A DNA stretch of 64,000 nt from positions 2,239-66,238 of IMG/VR virus record IMGVR_UViG_3300035491_000116, one strand, 5' to 3'. The translations under genes and the position numbers were made by a program. Shown here piece by piece: positions 25,768-36,400 of this stretch. How positions within the stretch are numbered: position 1 is the stretch's first letter; every line of letters begins with the position of its first letter. The notes beneath the pieces are model-generated. The model made no database searches. It saw nothing but the letters and a program-made list of their open reading frames with translations, and was not told the DNA's origin. Source of the DNA: a virus.

Positions 25768-27191
25768 AGACTTACGGCAGAGTCTGGCTCGGTACTGAGG
25801 AGGCGTACATTGCCCTTCAGACTATGGAGCAGAAGTATTTTGGCCAGGAGGCTCCTCAACCTGTTGCGTTCTTGGACGACGACGACCACGACGACGGCAT
25901 GGACCGCGACTTTGGGGTTTCCCGTGCGCGTATCGGCCTCATGGCCTTGGAGCGTGTAGGTAGTACCGCGGTCATCAAGGTGCACGGCACCCTGACCAAC
26001 ACCCACCGCTGGTGGCACCGGTACTTCCAGGGCGAGCTGACCAGCTACGAAGTAATCCAGGACGCCCTGAAGATTGCACGGGAAGATGACGGTATCGACC
26101 TCATCTGCATGGACTACGCCACCGGTGGCGGCCTCGTCCGTGGCCTGGACATTACCTCTCAACACATCTCGATGACCCGCAAGGTCAAGCGAGTTGTGTC
26201 TCACACCGACAGCTCCGCATTCTCTGCCGGCTACTGGCTCGCCTGTAACAGCGACAACCTGTCGGCCAGTCGGATGGCTGAAGTCGGGTCTATCGGCACC
26301 CTGTTGGTTTCCTACGTGTTTGCAAACACAGAGGAGAACCAGGGCGTTACCTACCGGGTGTTCCGCGCTGGGGAGTTCAAGGCGCTGGGCAACCCATACG
26401 AGGACCTGACTGAAGAGGCGGCGGCCTATATCCAGCAGAACCTCGACAAAACCAATTCCTTCTTCCTCGAGCACGTCGTAGCTCACCGCAATCTCGCAAT
26501 GGCCAACAAGGCCGCGTGGGGCGAGGGCAAGACGTTCTTCGCCGAGGAAGCAATGGCAGTAGGACTTATCGACAGGATCGCCAACCTGTCGGAAGTAGTG
26601 GGGAGCGGCGCTTCCCAAACATCAACCAGTGACCCCCGGAGGTTCGAGATGAAAATCTCAGCGGAAAAACTGGCTCAGATCGAGGCGGGCGCCGATCCGA
26701 AGGACGTGCTCACCACCGAAGAACTGGCCATGTACCAGGAGCAGCTGGCAGCTGGCTCCGAAGAAGAGACTCAGGACCCAGCAGCAGACGCAGGCGGCCA
26801 AGCCCCTGAGGACGGCGACGAGCCAGAAGCGCAGAAGCCCTTGGCCTCTGACGTTGTTGCGGAAGTCAAGTCTCTCAACAAAGAGATCGGCCGACTGGAA
26901 GCCAAGCTCGAAGCTGCTGAAGCGGCAGCTGAAGAGCTGAAGCAAAAGCTGGCTGCGAAAGACGCCGACGTGACCGCCCTGATGGACGTCTCCAAAGTTG
27001 CCGTAGACAAGCTCTGCGTGGCACTGGGCAAGCCGTCCGAAACTATTACTTCGCCGACCGCGATGGTTGCTCGCTACCAAGAGCTCACCGCCGAGATGGG
27101 CAAGAAGTTCAAAACAGGTCGCCAGACCACAACCCCGACTGAAGACCCGGAAGGCCCAAAAGCCACCGGTAACTTCCGTCATAGCATGTAA
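25764..27191 (+). CDS. S49-family (SppA/ClpP-like) prohead protease with C-terminal scaffold
   Basis: AFSAGYWLA catalytic Ser motif, VGSIG, FKALGNP; acidic linker and coiled-coil C-terminus. Confidence 0.85.
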   Translation: MKTYGRVWLGTEEAYIALQTMEQKYFGQEAPQPVAFLDDDDHDDGMDRDFGVSRARIGLMALERVGSTAVIKVHGTLTNTHRWWHRYFQGELTSYEVIQDALKIAREDDGIDLICMDYATGGGLVRGLDITSQHISMTRKVKRVVSHTDSSAFSAGYWLACNSDNLSASRMAEVGSIGTLLVSYVFANTEENQGVTYRVFRAGEFKALGNPYEDLTEEAAAYIQQNLDKTNSFFLEHVVAHRNLAMANKAAWGEGKTFFAEEAMAVGLIDRIANLSEVVGSGASQTSTSDPRRFEMKISAEKLAQIEAGADPKDVLTTEELAMYQEQLAAGSEEETQDPAADAGGQAPEDGDEPEAQKPLASDVVAEVKSLNKEIGRLEAKLEAAEAAAEELKQKLAAKDADVTALMDVSKVAVDKLCVALGKPSETITSPTAMVARYQELTAEMGKKFKTGRQTTTPTEDPEGPKATGNFRHSM

Positions 27192-27202
27192 GGAGGCCGA
27201 CC

Positions 27203-27661
27203 ATGGCTGATTTTGCATTCAACCTGTTGGCGCAAAACCCTGAGCGGTTGAACGTCATTTCTACCCGCCTCGGCGCCTCCAAAGCCGAGAAATTCAACGA
27301 CGCTGATGTAGGCAAGGCTGTGAAGCTCGGGACTGCTTCCAACCACGTTCTGTGTGCGTCTGGTGACGAGATCCAGGCTATCGTCGACAGCATCGACAGC
27401 GGTGGCACCAACGGCGGCTACAGCTTCGGCGGTGTTGACCGCGGCACCCGTGGCTTCCGCGTCAAGGCGGTGATCGGCCCCAACCAGGGTGCGACCGCTG
27501 CAGCGCTGGACGATCTGGTCGTTGCAGACGATCAGGTTGCCGTAAACACAGCAGGCATCGCCCGCGTAATTACGGGCACTCCGACAATCAACAAGTGGCG
27601 AATCATGGCTATGAACGGCGACGGTACTGCTGGTACCGAAGTCATTCTCGAGCTGTGCTAA
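27203..27661 (+). CDS. head decoration/cement protein
   Basis: 152 aa, Gly-rich and beta-rich, between protease and capsid; AAGGAGG RBS. Confidence 0.65.
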   Translation: MADFAFNLLAQNPERLNVISTRLGASKAEKFNDADVGKAVKLGTASNHVLCASGDEIQAIVDSIDSGGTNGGYSFGGVDRGTRGFRVKAVIGPNQGATAAALDDLVVADDQVAVNTAGIARVITGTPTINKWRIMAMNGDGTAGTEVILELC

Positions 27662-27687
27662 TCAGCGGTCAGTAAAGGAGACCCCTA

Positions 27688-28866
27688 ATGAAGACCTATG
27701 AAGTCCAATACTGGGCGCTGGAAAACGGCAAAAGCGTTGTCAAAAGCGTCAAGCTCGACGTAAGCGCCTACAAGAAGGCAGCAGAGAAGGGCATGACTCT
27801 GCGTCAGTATGTTCGCACTCAGGCGGCCGATTTTGACCGTTCCAAGGGCGACGTCCTGGATCAGATGTACGCCAACTCCGGCCTGTTCGACCAGCGCAAG
27901 TTCAACATGCCGGGCATGACCTTCAAGGAAATGGAAAACGAGGCCTTGGCCGCCGATTTCCGTCGCACTGATGGTAACGACACCAGCCTGGGCGCCCGCC
28001 TGCTGTACCCGCAGCTGATCCTGGAAACCCTGAACACCGCCGCGCTGCGCGACGACGGTAGCGACATCATCGCCAAGTGGGAAGGCATGATCGCTGTCAA
28101 CCGCAGCGTCAACGGTACCAAGGTTGAGCAGCCGACCATCGACGTAACCGGCCCGGAAGGCAGCCGCAGCGGTCGAATCACTCAACTGGCTGAGCCGGAA
28201 ACCCTGATCAGCATCACCACCGGTGATCGCTCGTACCGCATCCCGACCAACTCGATTGGTCTGATGATCTCCAACGAAGCGATGGCCGAGACTTCCATCG
28301 ACCTGGTGACCACCGTGCTGTCGGCCCAGGCCCGTGGTGAGCGTGTCCGCCGCATCACTGAGATGCTGAAAGCGATGGTGCTGGGTGACGAAGACATGGG
28401 CATCGCCCCGCTGCCTGTCGTTAAAGCCAACACCTTTGACAGTGGCATCTCTGCGGCCGGCGACATCACCAAACGTGCCTACATCAAGTGGCTGCACAGC
28501 AAGCAGAAGGTCTGCGACATCAGCCGCGTCCTGACTGACATCGACACCGCCCTGAGCGTCGATGAAGGCCTGCTGCCGACCGTCACTGGTCAGGACTCCA
28601 GCAAGATCGTCACCCCGTTCAGCGGCATGAACCTGGACATCACCATCCCGTCGATGATCCCGTTCGAGGCTGACCTGTTCGGTTCCGGCCTGCTGGTTGG
28701 TCTGGACCCGCGCTACGCGATCCAGCGCACTGTGAACGTCTCCGCGGCGTATGACGCCATCGAAGAGTTCGTGATGCGTAAGGCCACTGGCTTCCGCGTT
28801 GACTTTGGTGAGACTGCCAGCCGCCTGTACGACGAGGCTTGGTCCGTACTGTCCCTGGAAGTCTAA
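27688..28866 (+). CDS. major capsid protein
   Basis: 392 aa, strongly biased codon usage, canonical position, AAAGGAG RBS. Confidence 0.85.
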   Translation: MKTYEVQYWALENGKSVVKSVKLDVSAYKKAAEKGMTLRQYVRTQAADFDRSKGDVLDQMYANSGLFDQRKFNMPGMTFKEMENEALAADFRRTDGNDTSLGARLLYPQLILETLNTAALRDDGSDIIAKWEGMIAVNRSVNGTKVEQPTIDVTGPEGSRSGRITQLAEPETLISITTGDRSYRIPTNSIGLMISNEAMAETSIDLVTTVLSAQARGERVRRITEMLKAMVLGDEDMGIAPLPVVKANTFDSGISAAGDITKRAYIKWLHSKQKVCDISRVLTDIDTALSVDEGLLPTVTGQDSSKIVTPFSGMNLDITIPSMIPFEADLFGSGLLVGLDPRYAIQRTVNVSAAYDAIEEFVMRKATGFRVDFGETASRLYDEAWSVLSLEV

Positions 28867-28928
28867 CCGACCCGAGTAGGCTGAGAGCCTGGGCAAGGAC
28901 GCCCGAACTATGAACAACGAGGTGAATC

Positions 28929-29249
28929 ATGGCTATTACCAAGAAAAAGCCGGAGACCGCTGAGCCGGTCGAGGCAAAAGTAGAAGTGCCAGCCACTGAG
29001 CAGGCGGAGAGCAGCGCCCCTGAAAAGGCCGAATCCGCTGTAACCGAAGCGCAGGAACAGGTTGAGCCAGAAGCCAATGAGGAAGCCGTGAAGGCGTCCG
29101 CTGAAATGGTTAAGGTGCGCAACATCTCCAAGGGGTTCCTGCAACAAACCAGCACCAAGATCCGCGTCGAGGCCGGCAAGGTCGGCGAAGTCAAGCGCGA
29201 TTCTTGGGTAGACCTGCAGGTCCGCGCCAAGCTGCTGGAGCTGGTGTAA
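28929..29249 (+). CDS. small virion-associated protein (acidic N-terminus, basic C-terminal domain)
   Basis: GAGGTG RBS; follows the capsid gene. Confidence 0.7.
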   Translation: MAITKKKPETAEPVEAKVEVPATEQAESSAPEKAESAVTEAQEQVEPEANEEAVKASAEMVKVRNISKGFLQQTSTKIRVEAGKVGEVKRDSWVDLQVRAKLLELV

Positions 29250-29714
29250 GTGGACGTCCTCGGCCTCACTTCCTATGCGCAGATCAGAGGAGTCCTCACA
29301 GTCTCCCAAACGGACCTGCCTGACGAGTTGCTTCAGGGCTTTGGAGTCGAAGACGACTTGGCCGAGCACCTCGCCGGGTGGGCGCCTGATTACGCAGCGG
29401 TTTCTGTGGCCGGGGACGAACGCAAGGCGAGACTGCTTCGGCTGTTCGCTAAGTATTACTGTGCGAGCGTGATTGCCCGCACAGCACCGGTTTTTGTCCT
29501 GACCAAGATCTCTGACGGCTCGAACGAGGGTCAAAGGTCAGGAGAAGGACTGGCCCATCTCGCTACGTCACTGCTGGCGACGGCGGAGAAGTACCGTTCC
29601 GATTACGAAGACGCACTTTCCGGGGCCTCTAAAGGGGTCACTATCCCGAACGTCATCTCCAGGGTGACTCCGTCCCGTGACCCGGTAACCGAGGCTAGGG
29701 AAGATGTTTCTTAA
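29250..29714 (+). CDS. putative head-tail adaptor
   Basis: Position and size. Confidence 0.6.
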   Translation: MDVLGLTSYAQIRGVLTVSQTDLPDELLQGFGVEDDLAEHLAGWAPDYAAVSVAGDERKARLLRLFAKYYCASVIARTAPVFVLTKISDGSNEGQRSGEGLAHLATSLLATAEKYRSDYEDALSGASKGVTIPNVISRVTPSRDPVTEAREDVS

Positions 29715-30606
29715 CCGCATCGCAACGTGGAAGGCGCACGAACCGTTCGAGGAGTGGGATGACGCTACCCAGGCATTCGTCCCATCAGAGTTCCGCGGGC
29801 GTATCGACCTGACTGACCGCTTCCTCAGCAACTTTAACAAGCCTCTGCGCCGACGGATGCTTTACAGCGGGGCAGAGCAAACCCTGCCTGCCAGCCGGGT
29901 TATCCGGCACCCCGGAACCGGTGACGTGTACATGCTCGGGCAGACCAGAGGGGATGCGATAGAAGGGCAGCACTACCTGAACTTGACAGTCTGTCACCTG
30001 GCCACAGAGACCCCGAACGGCAGTTCTGGGTTGGCAACCCTGTACAGAAGGGCACCGGTAGGGCCGGAAGACAACCCGGGGTGGCTGGTCGAGCAGCAGT
30101 TAGGTTCAGCTTTCGTCGATATGGAGTTCCGGACCAGCGCAAGCGAACCAGAGATGTACGAGGAGAAGATCGCCAACTTCTTCGCGTTCCTGCCGGCGCA
30201 CTACCAGATGAAGGAGTGGGACTTCATTGAGCTACGCGGAACTCGTTACCGGGTAGTCGATACCTTCGCTGATAGCGGACTGGCCGGCCTGCGCATTGAT
30301 CGAGAGCCTGACACGCGAGTTGATCTCGTTATCGAAGGGGCTTCGGCCCGGCAATACGACAAGGTTAATCACCGGTTTGTCGACACAGCGGTGTCCGCAA
30401 ATGTCACCGCAGTGATCGTGTCTGACCATGGCTTCTCATCGTGGGCGGCTGAGTCTACGCCGTACCTCGACATCTCTATCGAGCAGGAACACATAGGGTT
30501 CGAGCCGAAGCCGGATATGTCTGTTGTGTTGGACGGGGTAAGCAGACTCATCACGTCTGTGTCCAAGCCGCCGCTGGCGAGGCAGTACCGCCTGAGGTGC
30601 AAGTAA
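29704..30606 (+). CDS. putative head closure/neck protein
   Basis: 300 aa in the neck module, overlapping neighbours. Confidence 0.6.
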   Translation: MFLNRIATWKAHEPFEEWDDATQAFVPSEFRGRIDLTDRFLSNFNKPLRRRMLYSGAEQTLPASRVIRHPGTGDVYMLGQTRGDAIEGQHYLNLTVCHLATETPNGSSGLATLYRRAPVGPEDNPGWLVEQQLGSAFVDMEFRTSASEPEMYEEKIANFFAFLPAHYQMKEWDFIELRGTRYRVVDTFADSGLAGLRIDREPDTRVDLVIEGASARQYDKVNHRFVDTAVSANVTAVIVSDHGFSSWAAESTPYLDISIEQEHIGFEPKPDMSVVLDGVSRLITSVSKPPLARQYRLRCK

Positions 30607-31157
30607 TGGGTAAGTTTGCCAAGTATGCAAACGCCAAGGCTCTTGAGCTGAGCCACCTGTTTAACAGGAGCATCCGGCTGTCCCTCAGGGCGGGTATCGC
30701 TGCGGCGATCAATAACACCCACCAGGACTCCTCTAACGCCGCCTACCACTGGCTGGTAGCAGAGGCCAGCAAGAGCCGCCCCGGCCAGCGCCGGGAAGGC
30801 ACCCTGCGGGACCTTCGCCAGACCAAAGGTGTGCGCGGAGAGGCGAGGGCAAAGACAGGCCCTATCGGCTTCAGAGGGGACAGAGGGTCGAATGCATACG
30901 CGACGCTGAACTACGTCCGCAGCCGGGAGACCGCCCAGGTAATTGAAAAGTATGTCGTAGGCCGCACCCCGTCCGGGAGGTTCTACTTCTACAACCCGCT
31001 GCTGGAAGGTAAGTCCAGTCCTGACTACGCCGGTCAGGACATCGAGGACTACCAGTTCAACGCGGACATAGAGTTCGCCGGTGAACAGGCCGTGGAGGCC
31101 ACTATCGAGGCGGCTGACCGTTACCTGAGAGCTGGACTGGCAAGGGGCATGAAGTGA
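30606..31157 (+). CDS. putative neck/tail completion protein
   Basis: Start MGKFAK overlaps the upstream TAA; basic, HK97 gp10-like position. Confidence 0.55.
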   Translation: MGKFAKYANAKALELSHLFNRSIRLSLRAGIAAAINNTHQDSSNAAYHWLVAEASKSRPGQRREGTLRDLRQTKGVRGEARAKTGPIGFRGDRGSNAYATLNYVRSRETAQVIEKYVVGRTPSGRFYFYNPLLEGKSSPDYAGQDIEDYQFNADIEFAGEQAVEATIEAADRYLRAGLARGMK

Positions 31158-31591
31158 TAGAGACCTTTGCAGATTTTGAAGCGCTTGTGAGGGACACCGT
31201 TTTCGCAAACGCGACAGCGGAGATGCTGTTCTGCTTCGAGCTGACCAACGACGACGATGCCAGCGAAAACGCAGCAGGTCCCTTGCTCAAGCAAGACCAG
31301 GACTTCTTCCTGTTCGAGACCGACATTACGGGCACTCGCAGGACTGCGATCTCGACCATCGCAAATAGACGTGCAGAGGGTGAACTGCTTATCAGCCTCT
31401 TTACCAAGGACAAAGGCGACCCGATCGGGCGCAAGAGACGACTGGAGGAGGTTGGAGCCTGGTTTGCCGACATGACTGTCGGCGGGGTCAGGTTCCGCAC
31501 ATTCCAGCCAACAGGCAGCGGACCGCTGATGGGTTTCAGGACCTACGACGCGGTCATCCCCTGCGATTTTGAACTGAAACGAATGAGGTAA
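31154..31591 (+). CDS. putative tail terminator
   Basis: 145 aa directly before the tail tube gene. Confidence 0.6.
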   Translation: MIETFADFEALVRDTVFANATAEMLFCFELTNDDDASENAAGPLLKQDQDFFLFETDITGTRRTAISTIANRRAEGELLISLFTKDKGDPIGRKRRLEEVGAWFADMTVGGVRFRTFQPTGSGPLMGFRTYDAVIPCDFELKRMR

Positions 31592-31596
31592 CGGCT

Positions 31597-32631
31597 ATGT
31601 CAGAAGTCAAGAGCTACAACGATTCATCCGCCGTCTCCCTGGCATACGCTATGGGCAACGGCGACACCGCGGCGGATTTCGCCGGGGAAACTTTCAACCT
31701 GCTGCCCTTCACCCAAGAAGGGTTCTCGATGAGCAAGGAGGCCAAGACCTCCACCGCCATCAAGGGTAACCGACGCTCTTCAGGCAGCAAGAACACCAAG
31801 GGCTCGGCATCTGGCTCTGCCACTTACGAGTTTGGTGTCTCTCCGTTCATCATGGACATGCTGTCTGCCCTGATGATGGATGACTGGAAGGAGGTCGAGG
31901 CCGGTGTTCCTGCTTCTGGCACCTACCTGCACGACAACGACATCAAGAAGTTCATGGCGGTAGAGAAAACCGTCAAGAGCGGGCCTCTGGAAACGGATCT
32001 GCTGTACCACGAGCGCTACTACGGTGTGGTTGCCAACGACTCCACCATCGAGTTCGGTGACGGCGAGCTGGTTACCTTGGCCATGAACTACATGGCTATG
32101 AACGCTGACTACGCCGAGGCAGCGGCCGGCGTTGATGGCCTGGGCGGTAGCATTGCGACAGCGAAGACTGCACCCGCAGATTACGAGATCGCTGACTCTT
32201 CAAACAACCTTCAGTCTGTGATTCTGCGGGACGACCAGGGCGTGGAGATGGAGGTGGTGTTCACCGACCTGAGCCTGCAGATCCAGAACAACGCACGGGA
32301 ACAGACTGGCCTCGGCCGTCAGTTCGCAGCAGGTGTGGGGATCGGCAAGGTAGCCGCAACTCTGTCTGGCGAGATCTACTTTGTAGACCAGACCATGCTC
32401 AACGCCCACATGGAGAACAAGCGCCTGAGCGCCGAGTTCACCGTGGCTACGGAAGATGGGGCATTCACCTTCTACCTGCCTAACCTCATGGTCCAGTCTC
32501 CGGCCAACAGCGCGGAAGGCGAGAACCAGGACTACAAGACCTCCCTGACCCTGTCAGCCGAGGAAGGGGAGGCCACTGTCGGTGCCAACACCTTCAACTG
32601 TGTAGTTGCGGTCAAGTACGTGCCTGCGTAA
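31597..32631 (+). CDS. major tail (tube) protein
   Basis: 344 aa, beta-rich, precedes the chaperones and tape measure. Confidence 0.8.
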   Translation: MSEVKSYNDSSAVSLAYAMGNGDTAADFAGETFNLLPFTQEGFSMSKEAKTSTAIKGNRRSSGSKNTKGSASGSATYEFGVSPFIMDMLSALMMDDWKEVEAGVPASGTYLHDNDIKKFMAVEKTVKSGPLETDLLYHERYYGVVANDSTIEFGDGELVTLAMNYMAMNADYAEAAAGVDGLGGSIATAKTAPADYEIADSSNNLQSVILRDDQGVEMEVVFTDLSLQIQNNAREQTGLGRQFAAGVGIGKVAATLSGEIYFVDQTMLNAHMENKRLSAEFTVATEDGAFTFYLPNLMVQSPANSAEGENQDYKTSLTLSAEEGEATVGANTFNCVVAVKYVPA

Positions 32632-32639
32632 ACTGTGAA

Positions 32640-32669
32640 GCCGTAAAGCCGGTGATTCGGCTTTACGGC
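32640..32669. promoter_or_regulatory. perfect 12-bp inverted repeat GCCGTAAAGCCG-N6-CGGCTTTACGGC
   Basis: Intergenic between tail tube and chaperone; built from two copies of the genome-wide motif. Confidence 0.7.
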
Positions 32670-32692
32670 ATAATTCAAAAAGGACATCTCTC

Positions 32693-33115
32693 ATGCTTGA
32701 TATTGATTCTTTGGCGGTAGACCCGAAGCTCTCGAAAGAGGGTGTGTGGGTACCGTTTATGGGCGCAGAACTTCTGATTGCTCGAAACAACAATGAAGAC
32801 GCCAACCGTATGCGCCAACAGCTCTCCTTCGAGAACCTGGAAGTGCTGCAAAAGGGAGGCGAGGAAGCTGAAGCGGCCAACGAAAAGATCCAGGCCAAGG
32901 TGCTGGCTCACTGCATTCTTCGTGATTGGCGGGGGTTCACTTCCGGCGGCAAGGAGCTCAAGTACAACCCAGAGATCGGTCTGAAATACTTCTCCGATCC
33001 TCGGTTCGTGGACTTCTACCAGTTTGTCGAAAACATCTCGATGAACCGAGGCAAGTACCGCGAGCAGGCCGAGAGCGAGGCAGTGGAAACGGTAAAGGAT
33101 ACTGCCGCCTCCTGA
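32693..33115 (+). CDS. tail assembly chaperone (lambda gpG equivalent)
   Basis: 140 aa after the tube gene; AAAGGA RBS. Confidence 0.8.
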   Translation: MLDIDSLAVDPKLSKEGVWVPFMGAELLIARNNNEDANRMRQQLSFENLEVLQKGGEEAEAANEKIQAKVLAHCILRDWRGFTSGGKELKYNPEIGLKYFSDPRFVDFYQFVENISMNRGKYREQAESEAVETVKDTAAS

Positions 33116-33492
33116 TCAAGCACGGCCGGAAGGGCATCGAGGCTTTTCGGGCGCTGGAGAAGCGGTTCGGAAAGCCCCATCCGGCGCTTGAAGGGGTATC
33201 GAAGCCGAAGCCGATCCACTTCTGGTACATCGACGCCTTCTTCAGGTTGCACAGAAGGCGGGGTTTGACTGAGACAGGGTACCAAGCCCTGTCTTATCGG
33301 GACATGGCAGGGTTTGCTGACGATGTCCTGAGACTGGATGAGGACCAACGAGGGTTCTTCTTCAGGGTGATCGAGGAGACCGACAACGCCGTTCTCTACG
33401 ACCACTACACGAAGGCGAAGGCAGACGCTGAAGCCTCGAAAAAAGAGATGGATAAGCGGCCAAAAGGCCCCAAGCGTGTGAGGCGTAAATGA
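33091..33492 (+). CDS. -1 frame extension of the chaperone (gpGT equivalent)
   Basis: Open -1 frame overlapping the gpG end and running to the TMP start; no RBS/ATG of its own; candidate slip site G GTA AAG at 33091-33097. Confidence 0.65.
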   Translation, partial: GKGYCRLLIKHGRKGIEAFRALEKRFGKPHPALEGVSKPKPIHFWYIDAFFRLHRRRGLTETGYQALSYRDMAGFADDVLRLDEDQRGFFFRVIEETDNAVLYDHYTKAKADAEASKKEMDKRPKGPKRVRRK

Positions 33493-36400
33493 GTCAGAAG
33501 TTTGAGGTGGATTTCAGTGACGCCCTCCGCAACCTTGCGTCATTCAACCGTCTCATGCAGGACGCAGGGGCCAGCCTCGATGGACTTGAGGGAAAGAACA
33601 AGAAAATTGCCGAGGGGGTTGGCTCACTCCTAAGCCGGACAGCCTCCTACTACAACAGCCTTGAGTCCCAGCTAAAGAAAGCAGGCGCTGATATGGAGGC
33701 GGTGGGGGCCGCCATCAGAAGCTCCCAGCAGGTCGCTGATGCGGCTTTTGCCGCTATGGCGACGGCGAACCTCAATGCTACTACCCAAGCAAAGGCGCTC
33801 TCCGGCGAGCTAAGGGGCGTAGGCGATCTACTGAGGGACACCGCCAGTAAGCAGTCCTACGTGCGCTGGACAACCAGGGCGGCCACGGTAACAGAAGAGA
33901 CCGCCAACCGAAACAAGTACCTGAAAGAAGCTCTCCGAGCCACTCACACAGAGGAGGCCAAGGAGGTACAGGTCAGGCTGACCAAGATCGCCGGGTACAA
34001 CAAGCTCTACACCACAGAAACCCGCCAGATGCTGCTGACAAAGCAGCTGAGGAAGGACCTGGAGCTGCAGGGTACCGCTGCAGGACGAACAAACTCGATT
34101 CTTCAGGCTCGCATAGGCGTAATCAAGGCTCAGCAGCAGGAAGAAACCCTGCTAAACGGCAAGCTGGAGGCAGCGAAGCGGGCCTACCAAGGTGAACTTG
34201 GCGCGGCGAGGCTTTCTCTCGATGTCCAGCAACTGCGGAACAAGGCCATCTCTGAAGCGGCCACGGCGGAGACTAAGCAAACACTGGCTACCCAGTCCCT
34301 TACTCAGCAGCTGAAGCTGCAAGGGACGGAGGCAGGTGCCACTAACGAGCGCCTTAAAGCCAGGATCTCTGCGCTTGCGCAGGCGCAAACTGCGGACATC
34401 AAGTCCCAGGCCACCCTCGACAACCTGAAACGCACCCATGAGGGGTTGCGCGGGGGTATCCAGGCGGAGATCGAAGTTCAGAAGGTTCGCAACAAGGCAC
34501 AAACCGAGGCTGTTACTGCTGACGTCAGGCAGGCCGCCGCGATGGAGAAGCTGACAAGAGACATGCAACAGCAGGTCTCCACCCTCGGCCAGACCATGGC
34601 GGCTATGCAGGCTCGCCTCGGCGTAGTCAAGCGGGCTCAGCAAGAGGACGAGAAAGCCGTAGGCAAGCTCGGCGAGCTGCGCCGCGCCTATGAGAGCCTG
34701 GACGGCGGAATCCAGGGGCAAATCGTCAAGCAAGCAGAAATGAACCGCGGCCGGGCGCAGGCTATCACCGCCGAGGAGCGGGAGCGCAATACGGTAGCTG
34801 AGCTGCGCCGCCAGATCGAAAGCCTGAACGGCGGGCTGGCAGAGCAGGCTGTGCACCTGCGCCACCAGAAGTCTGTGCGCGAGCAAGAGATCCTCGGCGA
34901 GGTACGTCAGAAGCAGACACTTGCTGATCTGGAGAACACCCTGAGGAGCCTAAACGGCGGAACTCAGGAGCAGATCGTTCGAGTCCAGGAGCTGATCCGC
35001 CAGCGCAAGTCCCAGATTACCGAGGACATGCGGGCTGCCTCCTCGACCAAGGAGCTCACCAAGGCGGAGAAGGACGCAGCTCGGGCTGCTGAAGCTGAGG
35101 CAAAAGCCCAGAAGGAGCTTGACCGCCAGAAGCAACACGCACTGGACCTCTTGGCCCGCCTGAAGGCGCAGATGACTACGCTCACCGGCGCCCACGCCCG
35201 GGAGATCCAGGAACTCGAGAAGGCGATTGCGAAGCAGAAGGAATACAACCGCCTGCTTACTCTCAGCACCTCTGAGCTGCTGGGGTTCACCAGCGCCCAG
35301 GCCCGCGCTGCCAGATCCCTCAACATGAGCAACCAAAGCGGGGCGATGTTACGCGCCACGCTCGCTGGGCTACAGACCTCAATCGGTATGTACACCAGCT
35401 CCACGATTCTCGCTGCAGCGTCCACATACGGGCTGGCAAGGGCAATTCGCAGTTCCATTGAGACTGGTACCGAGTTTGGGTACACGATGTCCCGGGTGCA
35501 AGCGATCATGGGCGCCGGGTTTGGGCCACAGATCGAAGCGGGCATGGCCAACGCCGAGCAGGTGGTACGGGCCCTTGGTCAGTCTACTCGCTACACAGCT
35601 ACCGAGGTTGCTGGCGGCCTGCAAGAGCTGGGGATGGCAGGCCTTTCCGCTTCCCAGGCCATGGTCGCGCTTGAGCCCTCTCTGAACATGGCGCTGATTG
35701 GCAACATCTCCATGGCGGAGTCTGCGGACATCGCTACCAACGTGATGATGCAGTTTGGGTTACAGGCCCGCGATCTCACGCATGTGGTTGACATCATGGC
35801 TACTGCCATGACCTCCTCGAACACCACAGTAACCCAGCTCGCCAACGCCCTTTCGTATATCGGCCCGGCGGCCGAGTCCGCAGGCTTCAGCCTTGAGGAC
35901 ACCACGGCTGCGATCGAGGTGCTGGCGAACAACGGCATCAAAGCAAGCCGTGCGGGTACAGGCCTGCGCCGAATGTTCGTCAACATGCTCAACCCGACGG
36001 CGAAAGGCGCCGCGATGCTGGCTGACTACGGCATCTCAATAGACGACGCTGAAGGCAACACCAGATCCTTTAGCGACATCCTTGGACAGCTGCATGACGC
36101 GCTATACAACGACGTCATTACCCCGGGCGAGCGCACCGCAGCGGTAGTTGATCTGGTAGGGGTACGAGCTGCCTCTGCGGTTACCGCGCTGATCGCCAGT
36201 ATGGGCAAGGACGGCGGCTTTGAGGCCATGCGGATGGGCCTAGACGACGTTGCCGGCGCTGCCTCTCGTATGCGCGAGGCGATGGAAGACAACCTGTCCA
36301 CCGACTGGAAGTCACTCCTGTCGGCTTTCCAAGAGGCGCAGCTTACCTTGTTTGACGGTCAGGAAGACCGCATGCGCCTGCTGACGAAGGAGATGACCGG

